Assembly: GCA_963783375.1 (NCBI GenBank) | Contig: CAWANH010000028.1 | Coordinates: 1,976,327 to 2,040,326, forward strand | DNA from: Candidatus Eiseniibacteriota bacterium | GTDB lineage: Bacteria > Eisenbacteria > RBG-16-71-46 > JABDJR01 | Direction of reading: 5' to 3' | DNA length: 64,000 bases | In this document: positions 18,660 through 27,500 of the stretch, piece by piece | Numbering within the stretch: position 1 is the first letter of the stretch | Layout: each line of letters starts with the position of its first letter | Notes under the pieces: generated by a model | What the model was told of the DNA's origin: nothing | Database searches by the model: none | Seen by the model: only the letters and a program-made list of their open reading frames with translations | Program-made: the position numbers and the translations under genes

Positions 18660-20628
18660 CTACTCGTGCAGGAAATCCGCCGGGACCCGGGGACCGTTCT
18701 GGAGGAAGTTCTTCATGCCGATGTCGAAGTCGATCGTTCCCTTGCACCGGGCCAGGCCCTCGGCCTCCGCCTCCAGCCCTTCGGGAAGCGGGCGGACGGC
18801 GCCGCGGCGGATCGTCTCCACCAGGATGCGGTCGACGACCAGGGAGTGGTGTCCGATGTCCACCCGGGGGAGTTCCTCGGGGACGGTGAGTGGGCGCGGA
18901 TCCACCGGTCCGATCCGGCGGGCGCCGGAGAGGTGGTCCCGGATGACGGTGCGCGCCGCGCCGAGAACGTCGGCGGCCGGCTCGCCGGTCGCCCAGCCCA
19001 GGGCGCAGGCGGTGCGGGCGTCGACGGTGCGTCCGGTCCGGAGCATCTCCAGCGCGGGTTCGAGGCCGACGATCCGGGGGAGCCGCTGGGTGCCTCCGTA
19101 GCCGGGGATGATCCCCAGGTTGACCTCGGGCTGGCCGAGGGCCAGCCGCGGGCCGACCACCCGGGCGTGGCAGGCCATGGCGATCTCGCAGCCGCCGCCG
19201 AGGACGGGTCCGTCCAGCGCCGCCACCACCGGCTTCCTCATCGCTTCGATCCGAGTCAGCACCCGGTGCCCGGCCCGGGCGAGGTTCCGGGCCGCTTCCG
19301 GGGTCTTGAGAGCGGCCAGCTCCATGATGTCGGCGCCGGCCAGGGCCCCGTTGTAGCCGGTGAGGATCACGCCCTCGACGGATTCGTCCGCGTCGAGCTT
19401 CTCCATGACCTCGAGGATCTCGGCCAGGGTGCGCCGGTTCAGCGCGTTCAGGACCTCGGGCCGCTTCACCGTCACCACCGCCACCCCTTCCGCGCGATCC
19501 ACTTCGAGGTTCCGGTGGAATGCCGGCATCCGCTTCTTCTCCACGCTTGCGGTCACGTGGAAGCCGGGGTGGGCCGCGGCGTAGGCGGTGCAGAGCCGGT
19601 GCACCCGGTCCATCCCCAGTTCTTCGGCCAGGTCCAGGAGGCCCTGGGCGAAGCCGAGGGCGGTCCGGGTCATCCAGTTGAATTCGCGGGGGTGGCAGAT
19701 GTCGCGATCCACCACGAAGAAGGAGCGGCCGAGGAGCACGGCCAGCATCCGGTCGAGGACCTCGGTCTTCGTCGCCTCGTCGTGGCTCGGATCCCCGGGG
19801 TTCTTCCGGTCGTGCCAGGGTTTGACCCCCTGCTCGCGGAGAAGCGCCGGGGGCTCGAACCACGCGCTCCCGGTGGGGGCGTCCCGCATCAGCTCCAGGC
19901 AATGGACGTTCAGGGGATTTCCCCGGGTGAGGTCCATGACGTTGAAGGGGCCGCCCCCCCCCACCGCGTCGTTCACGATCCGGTCCACCTGGGCCGGGGT
20001 GGCCACGCCTTCCTCGAACAGGCGAACCGCCTCGGCGCAGTAGTTGACGAAGACGTCGTCGGCGGCGAAGCACTCCACGTCCGCGGTCACCAGGGGAACC
20101 TTTCCCAGCTCCCGAAGCGTCCGCATCATCCGCTCGCCGTATTCCGCGTCCTCGGAGAGCACCACCTCCATGGGCAGGGACCGCCAGGCCGGGAAGAAGG
20201 GGTGGTTCACGAAGCAGCGTTCGGGGTGGCGGGCCCCGGCGGCGATCTCCCGGCGCGGAATTCCCGAGGTCGCAAAGCCGACCAGGCACTCCGGCGAAAC
20301 CACCTTCTCCAGGTCGGCGAGGATGCGTTGCTTCAGGACCAGTTGTTCGGTGGCCGCCTCGAGCACGTAGCCGCAACCGGCGAGATCCCGCGATGTCCAG
20401 GGTGGGAACCAGGCCCTTCTCCACCGCCTCGGCCACCCGGGGGCTGAGCTTCCCCCGGACGAGCCCCTTCCGGACGTAGCCCCGGATCCGCGTGATACCG
20501 GCGTCCAGGGCCTCCTGACGCACGTCCAGGAGATGGACGCGGCCCCCTCCGCCCTTGGCGAGGGCGGTGATGAAGCCGTAGGCCAGGTCGGGACCGATGG
20601 AGCCCGATCCGATCACGCCGATTTCCAT
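18660..20628 (-). CDS. 3-hydroxyacyl-CoA dehydrogenase / enoyl-CoA hydratase fusion (one-base frameshift near 20388)
   Basis: ATG 20628 gives MEIGVIGSGSIG (Rossmann motif). Removing one base of the CCC at 20387-20389 joins it to ORF 18660..20366 (LDIADLAGCGYVLEAATE). C-terminal crotonase motifs GGGCEIAMAC and QPEVNLGIIPGYGGTQRL. Confidence 0.8.
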
Positions 20629-20905
20629 GTCTCTCTCCTTTGCCGGGTTTCGATCGAGGCGTGGATGGGGGAGCGGCTCGCCCGTCGCAGATGGAGTTCC
20701 CGGCCGGGGCCGGGGGCGACGAGACCGGGTCCCGTGCCGGACTTTACCGGAGAACCGGAGGGGTTCAAACAAAAAGACAGGCTCTGCGGTCGGGTGTCGG
20801 CGCGGAGCGGCTTGCCGGCGCACCTACGCCGGCGGAAACGCGAATTCGCGACCGTTTCGATCGGGAAACCGCCGCCCGGCCGCGTCTCCCGGGGCGAAGC
20901 GGGAA

Positions 20906-22810
20906 TCAGGCGCCGAACACCGCCACCTTGAGGATCATGATCACGATGCCGATCAGCGCCCCGCCGGCGATGATCCCGGCGCAGATCGTCTCCTGGTTCC
21001 CCACGATGTTCTCCCGGATCCAGGAGTCGGGGCTCTTGTAGCGTTGGGCCAGCGCCCAGAAGATGAACGCCCCCAGGAACATGGCCCAGGCATCGGAGAA
21101 CCGGAGCACGAAGGCCAGCCCCATTCCCACCCCGGAGATCGGCCAGCGGTTCCGGGTGGTGAGCTTCAGCACCTCGAAGAGGATCCCCCCGAACGCGCCC
21201 ACCACCACCGCGACCAGGGCGGTCGGATCCAGGATGCCGAAGCCCTGGGTGAGCACCTCGGCCACCGCCCGCCAGATCATGGCCGCGATCATGGGCATGC
21301 GCTCGGTGCCGAACAGGTCGATGTTCCCCCGGAAGAGCACGAAGTAGAAGATCGGGGTGCAGGCCAGGCCCCCGGCGATGATGCCCAGGACGTGGCCCAT
21401 GGCCTGGTGGCGGGGTTTGGCTCCCAGCATGTAGCCGGGCTTGATGTCCATGAGCAGGTTCGAGGCGTTGGAGGCGACCTCGCCGGTGATCCCCGCGGTC
21501 ATGAGGTTGGTGGACATGTTCCCCGGGTCGAGGGCGGCGTAGGTGAGCTGGGTGAGCTTTCCCAGGGCCCCGGTGGGGGTGATGGCGGTGAGGCCGGTGG
21601 AGTTGGCCGCGATGAGGGTGAAGATGAACACCATGGGAATGGCCACGATCCCCAGCCAGACCTGGATCCCGAAGAAGGCCCAGGCCATCCAGACGATGAA
21701 GGCGCCGACCAGGGGGATCCCGATCACGAACACCTTCATGGGCAGCTCCACCGCGGCGAGGATGTCCTTCTCCTTCTTCTTTTCGTTCCGGCCCATGCGA
21801 AGGTTCGCGAAGGCGGTGAGGATGGCCCGGGGCTTCGAGAAGAAGGCGAAGAGGGAGGAGGTGGTCATCATGGCCACGCCTCCCCACAGGGACCACATGG
21901 TGATCCCCCGGAAGCTCACGTCGGTGATGATGCCTTTCTGGATGAGGAGGGGGGCCAGGACGAAGTAGTTGAGGACCGCGCCGATGATGAGGGAGACCCC
22001 GGTCCGCATCCCCATCAGCCCGCCCGCCCCGATCATGACGATCTCGGTGTCGAAGTGGATGGTCATGTCCCGGAGGGGGGTGCCGAGAATCCGGGGGGTG
22101 GCGAACTTGTAGATCACGTCGTCCCAGTGCTGCCAGTAGGTGTTCATGATCCCGCCGAGACGCCGGAAACCCAGGAACTGGAGAAGCTCGCCGTCCCGGA
22201 TGAAGTTGATGCCTCCGGAGAGCAGGGCGAAGCCGCCCAGGAGCTTTCCCTGCATGACCCCCTTGGCCCCGGAGCTGGTGTGGAGGGCGTCCATCACCAC
22301 CCCCGCCGCCCGCCCCTCCGGGAAGGGGAACTGCTCGTCGTTGATGAACCGGCGCTTGAGCGGGAAGGCGAAGAGGACGCCCATGAGGGCGAGCCCGATC
22401 ATCCAGAACATGGTGTGAAGCACCGGGATCACCCGTCCGGTCACCATCATGTAGGCGGGGAGGCTCGAGATGAGGGGGGCGGTCATGTAGCCGGCCGCGG
22501 TGGCGATCGACTGCATCTGCACGTTCTCGAGGATCGTGAATTCCCTGGCCAGGCCGACCTTGGCCATGAGCTTGTAGAGGGAGAAGGCCAGGATCACCGA
22601 GGTGATGCCCACCCCCAGGGTCCAGCCGGTGCGGATCCCCACGTAGAGGTTGGTGAGGGAGAGGATGCTCCCCAGGAGCATTCCGGTGATCGCGGAACGC
22701 AGGGTGAGCTGGGGCATGTCCCCGCGGAAGACCTCGCGGAACCACCAGGTGTCCTTCTCCTTGAGGGACCAGGTCCGGACTTCCTCCTCGGTCAACTGCT
22801 TGATGGCCAT
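20906..22810 (-). CDS. OPT-family oligopeptide transporter
   Basis: QLTLRSAITG, NLYVGIRTGW, FPFPEGRA, DIKPGYMLG; many TM helices. Confidence 0.88.
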   Translation of the reverse strand: MAIKQLTEEEVRTWSLKEKDTWWFREVFRGDMPQLTLRSAITGMLLGSILSLTNLYVGIRTGWTLGVGITSVILAFSLYKLMAKVGLAREFTILENVQMQSIATAAGYMTAPLISSLPAYMMVTGRVIPVLHTMFWMIGLALMGVLFAFPLKRRFINDEQFPFPEGRAAGVVMDALHTSSGAKGVMQGKLLGGFALLSGGINFIRDGELLQFLGFRRLGGIMNTYWQHWDDVIYKFATPRILGTPLRDMTIHFDTEIVMIGAGGLMGMRTGVSLIIGAVLNYFVLAPLLIQKGIITDVSFRGITMWSLWGGVAMMTTSSLFAFFSKPRAILTAFANLRMGRNEKKKEKDILAAVELPMKVFVIGIPLVGAFIVWMAWAFFGIQVWLGIVAIPMVFIFTLIAANSTGLTAITPTGALGKLTQLTYAALDPGNMSTNLMTAGITGEVASNASNLLMDIKPGYMLGAKPRHQAMGHVLGIIAGGLACTPIFYFVLFRGNIDLFGTERMPMIAAMIWRAVAEVLTQGFGILDPTALVAVVVGAFGGILFEVLKLTTRNRWPISGVGMGLAFVLRFSDAWAMFLGAFIFWALAQRYKSPDSWIRENIVGNQETICAGIIAGGALIGIVIMILKVAVFGA

Positions 22811-22965
22811 GGGTCATCCTCTCGGTTGGCCGCCGGGGGCGGTTCCGCCGGCCGGCGCCGGTGGGCGGTTCCCGGGAGCGTCGGGGTCCGGGAATGGAAC
22901 CATCGTCCGGCCGCACAATCGATTCGATTCTCGATAATCGGGTTAGCCAGAATTTCGATGAGGGG

Positions 22966-23007
22966 TTGACGGGGAGGGCCTCCCCGCCTACTATTTCGTA
23001 CTCGAAA
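22966..23007 (+). promoter_or_regulatory. Sigma70-type promoter with overlapping inverted repeat (candidate MarR operator)
   Basis: TTGACG (22966)-17 nt-TACTAT (22989). TTTCG-TACT-CGAAA palindrome at 22994-23007. Confidence 0.65.
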
Positions 23008-23044
23008 GATCTCAGTTAGGAACATCATGTGCCGGGAGCCGAAC

Positions 23045-23560
23045 TTGCCCACCCGATTCCGCGGAAGCCCCGAGGAGACCCGCGCCCTCGACGCCTTCAT
23101 CAAGCTCGAGCGGGCGGGCGAGTCGGTTTTCGCGCGGTTGGGGCGGCACCTGGCCGGGCATGGGCTTACCCACGGGCAGCTCGGGGTGCTGGATGCGCTC
23201 CATCACTGCGGGCCCATGTGTCAGAAGGATCTGGGCGGAAAGGTGCTCCGGAGCAGCTCCAACGTCACGGTGGTGGTGGACAACCTGGAGCGCCGCGGCC
23301 TCGTCCGGCGGGTCCGCGACGCCTCGGACCGGCGGATGGTGGAGGTTTCGCTCACCGCCGAGGGCCGGAAGCTCCTGGAGCGGGTGTTCCCGACCCATGT
23401 CCGCGAGATCGTGGAGATATTCTCCGGTCTCTCGGCCAGGGAGGTCGACCGGCTGGGGGAGATCTGCCGGAAGCTGGGGCGGAGCATCCGCCACGAAACG
23501 GCCTCGCCGCCGCTCCGAACGAGGGCGGCCGGCCGACCCCCGCGTTCGGCGGGGAATTGA
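23045..23560 (+). CDS. MarR-family transcriptional regulator
   Basis: TTG 23045 after GGGAG (alternative ATG 23027). GLTHGQLGVLDAL, VVDNLERRGLV and DRR..V.LT.EG winged-helix motifs. Confidence 0.88.
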   Translation: MPTRFRGSPEETRALDAFIKLERAGESVFARLGRHLAGHGLTHGQLGVLDALHHCGPMCQKDLGGKVLRSSSNVTVVVDNLERRGLVRRVRDASDRRMVEVSLTAEGRKLLERVFPTHVREIVEIFSGLSAREVDRLGEICRKLGRSIRHETASPPLRTRAAGRPPRSAGN

Positions 23561-23634
23561 ATCGACGCGGCGCGGGGAGTTCATGAGCGGGACCTCATGA
23601 ACCCCCCGGCCCAAACCATCAATGGAGGTTTCCG

Positions 23635-24482
23635 ATGCCCGACCAACAAATCGTCCTGATCACCGGCGCCACGGGGCAGCAGGGGGAAGCATTCTCAGGG
23701 AGCTGGCGGGGAAGGGGTTCACCCTCCGGGCCATGACCCGCCATCCCACCGGCGACGCCGCCCTGAAGCTCGACGCCCTCGGAGCCCAGATCGTCGAGGG
23801 CGACCTGGACGACGACGCCTCCCTCCGGAAGTGCCTGAAGGACGCCTGGGGGGCCTTTGCGGTCCAGAATACCTGGGAGGCCGGGGTCGAGAAGGAGGAG
23901 GAGCAGGGCAAGCGATTCGCCAGGCTGGCCCGGGAGGCGGGGATCCAGCACTTCGTCTACTCCTCGGTCGCCTCCGCCCACCGCCGGACCGGCATTCCCC
24001 ATTTCGAGAACAAGTGGCGGGTGGAGGAAACCGTTCGAGGCCTCGACTTTCCGTCCCACGTCATTCTCCGCCCGGTGTTCTTCATGGAGAACCTGATCTC
24101 CCCCTGGTTCCTGAACGACGGGAAGCTCATGACCGCCTTGAAGCCGGACACCGTGCTCCAGATGGTGGCGGTGAAGGATATCGGCCGGATCGGGGCCCAC
24201 GCCTTCACCCACGCCGCCGAGATGAAGGGCCAGGAGGTGGACTTCGCCGGGGACGCGGCCACCATGCCCCAGACCGCGGCGGCGCTGAGCGAGGGGATGG
24301 GGAAGAAGATCCCCTTCGTGCCGATCCCCATCGAGGGGGTCCGGAAGAACAGCGAGGACTTCGCGCTCATGCTGGAATGGTTCGACCGGGTGGGCTACGA
24401 CGCGGACATCCCCGCGGTCGAGAAGCGGTTCGGGAAGATGACCTCCCTCGCCGAGTGGGTGAGCGAGACCGTGAAGAGCTGA
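23635..24482 (+). CDS. NmrA/HSCARG-family NAD(P)H-binding protein (one-base deletion in G run near 23684)
   Basis: GGAGG RBS and ATG 23635 give IVLITGATGQQG. Adding one G to the G5 run at 23682-23686 joins the frame with HFVYSSV, PHFENK, RPVFFMEN. Confidence 0.8.
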
Positions 24483-24496
24483 CCCGCGGGGGCGCG

Positions 24497-24522
24497 GGGC
24501 CGGAGGCGTCGCCCTCCGGCCC
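24497..24522. terminator. Hairpin between convergent genes, possible terminator
   Basis: GGGCCGGAGG-CGTCGC-CCTCCGGCCC; only a weak U-tract. Confidence 0.4.
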
Positions 24523-24526
24523 TTCC

Positions 24527-27500
24527 TCAGCTCTTGATCCGCAGGTTCTCGTAGCGGACGTTGGGGGTGGCGAAGGAAAGGGTGAGGCCCTGGATCTCCG
24601 GCCGGGCGAACCGGGAGACGGTCAGATGGAAGAGCGGCACCAGGAGCGCCTCCCGGGCCACGTGCTCCTCGATCTCGCGGTAGCGGGCGTGCCGGGCGGC
24701 GGGGTCGATCTCCACCTGCGCCCGCTCGATCAGCTTGTCCAGTTCGGGTGAACCGCAGTACTTGGCCGCCCAGCCCTCCCGGGAATCCAGGATCCCCCCC
24801 ACCAGGGCGTGGGGGTCGGGATAGTCGGCCACCCACGCGCCCAGGGTGATGTCCGAACCTCCACTGCTCTGGATACGGTTGAAGTCGTCCCGATCACCGA
24901 TCCCGTCGAAAGTAAGCCGGAAGCCGGCCGACCGGAGATCGGCGACCAACCGCTCGATGACCGAGCGGCGGGTTTCCCTCCAGCTCGGGATGACGCACCC
25001 GGTGAGCGCGACCTCCGCCTGGGTCCGGTCGGTGTCCGCGACCGCCCCCGCCGCGGAGGCGGCCAGCCCCGGGCTGTGCCCCAGGAGACCGGGGGGGATC
25101 ATCCCGGTGGCCAGGACCGGGGCGGCGCCGGTCATCTGGGCCACGATGGTGGCCCGGTTGACCGCGTCCACCAGGCGGCGGCGGAGCGCCGGATCCCGCA
25201 GGGGCCCCCGGTGGGTGTTGAGGGCAAGGATGGCGGTGGAGATCCCGGGAATCTCGCGGTAGCCTCCGGCGAACTCGCTGCTCCGGCGGAGGTCCTCGGT
25301 CATCTCGGGCAGGAGGTTGTAGGCCAGGCTGAAGCGGCCCTTGCGGAACCCGGCGTAGAGATCCTCGGCGGAAGGGGTGCTTTCGAACACCAGCTCCTCG
25401 CTTCGCGGATAGCCTTCCCGCCAGTAGCCGGGATTCCGCTCCAGATGGCACCGCTCCCCGGGAACGAACTGCGTGAGCCGGAACGGACCGGTGCCCACGC
25501 ACCCGTCCCGGTGGCGCCGGGCGGCGAAATCGATCCCCTCGGGCACCACCGAGAAGGCGGTGTGGGAGAGCACGGCGGGGAAGTAGGGCACCGCACTCTC
25601 CAGGTGAATGGAGAACTCGCCGGCGGAGTGGATCTGGAACCCCTCCAGCTCCCCGGTCTCGCCGCGGATCAGCGCCGCCGCCCCGCGGACCGGAGACAGC
25701 GCCCAGCGGAACTCGCAGGCCTCGGTGGAGAGCGCCCGCTCCAGGCTGAACCGCACGTCCCGCACGGTGATCCGCCGGCCGTCGTGGAAACGGATGCCGT
25801 CCCGGAGCCGGATCCGATAGCGCTTCCCCCCGTCCTCCACGTCGATCCGGGAGGCCAGCCAGGGAATGATGCGGGCCCCCTCGTCGAGCCGGGTGAGGGT
25901 CTCGAACAGGGTCGACTGGACCTCGGCCTCGTCCACGTGGCTGGAGAGGAGCGGATCGAGGCTCCGGGTCACGGTCCCCATGATCGGGATCCGGATCGTC
26001 CCCTTTCCCACGGTGGCCGGCCCGCCCCCCGCGGTTTCCTCCTCCGCCTTCCCGAGCTTCCGGTAGTTGACGTAGGGGGGGCTGGTCTTGAGCTTCAGGC
26101 CCCGAACCTTGGGTCCGGGGATCCGGTAGTTGGTCTCGTGGAAGAGGGGAAGGAGCGCGCCCTCCTCCTCCAGCAGCCCTTCGAAGCGCCGGTAGAGGGC
26201 GACCCGCGACTCCGGACGGACCTCGGTCCGGGCCTGGTTCAGGAGGTCGTCGCACCGGGGGGAGGAGAAGAGCTTCCGGTACCGGCCGGTCTCGGAGTTG
26301 AAGAGCAGGTAGGTGAGGGCGTCGGGGTCGTCGTAGTCGCTGATGTAGCCCAGGGCCACGAAATCGATGCCGGTCGGATCGACGAGCTTCTCGTCGTAGG
26401 TCTCCTGGGTGGGCGTGACCACCTCGACCTCGACCCCCGCCCCGGCCCACGCGGCGAAGATGGCCCGGAGGAGGACGCCGTGGCGGTCCACCGTGGCCGG
26501 GGAGAGGGCGGCGGTGAGCTTGATCGGTCCGGCGAGCCCGGTCGCGGCGACCCGCCCGGCGGCCTCCTCCGCCCCGATCACCCGCCGCCGGCGTCCGGGA
26601 TCGTGGCCCAGGAGACCGGGGGGGATGAGCCCGGTGGCCGGCTCGGCCAGACGCCCCTTGGCGTTCCAGACCAGGTCGCGGACGCGGACCGACCCCAGGA
26701 GCGCGCGCCGGAGATCGGCGTTCCCGGCCAGCGGGCCGGAGACCACGTTCATCAGCAGGAAGAAGGTGCTCTTTCCGGGGACCTCTTCCAGGCGGCCCCG
26801 GAAGAGGGGCTCGCGCAGGATCCGCTCGAAGTCCTCGGGGGGAAGGCTTCGGCCCAGGTCGAACTCGCCGCTACGCAATCCCGCCGCGATGGCCGAGGCG
26901 GTGAGCCCGGGCCGGAACTCCAGGGTCTCCAGCCGGGGGGGGCCGTTCCAGTAGTCCTCGTTCCGGGCCAGGACGATCCGGTCGGCCATCTGGGACTCGA
27001 TCCGGAACGGTCCGGTGCCGACGGTGTGCTCTCCCGCCTCCCCCCCTTTCCGGAGGGCCACCCCGGTGCTGGAGTCGGTGAGGAGGGCGGGGTAGATGGG
27101 GAGCGGTTCGGAAAGATGGATCTCCAGACGCTGGGGGGCGGCGGCGACCAGGCCGGAAACCTCGGGCGCGTCCCCGTCCAGGAACTCCCGCACCCCGCGC
27201 AGGATGGAGAAGGCCGACCGGGTATCGTTCTTGCCCAGGCGGATCGTCTCCTCGATGGAGCGTTTGACCCGCTCCGAGGTGAGGGGAGTCCCGTCGTGGA
27301 ATCGAACCCCGTCCCGGAGGGTGAAGGTGAACGACCGGCCGCCCTCGGCCATGGTCCAATCCCGGCAGAGATGGGGGTGGAGCCGGCCTTCGGCGTCGGT
27401 GGTGAGCAGGGTCTCGAACACGTTGGCCGCGATCTCGGCCTGGGCGTCGTAGATGACCAGCCCGGGATCGAAGGTGGAGATCGGGCTCACCAGAGGCACG

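Noticed and set aside
16860-20447. 1195-aa plus-strand ORF and other long antisense ORFs (e.g. 43399..46386, 46395..49412, 51375..53384)
   Set aside because: Antisense shadows of well-supported genes, as expected in high-GC DNA.
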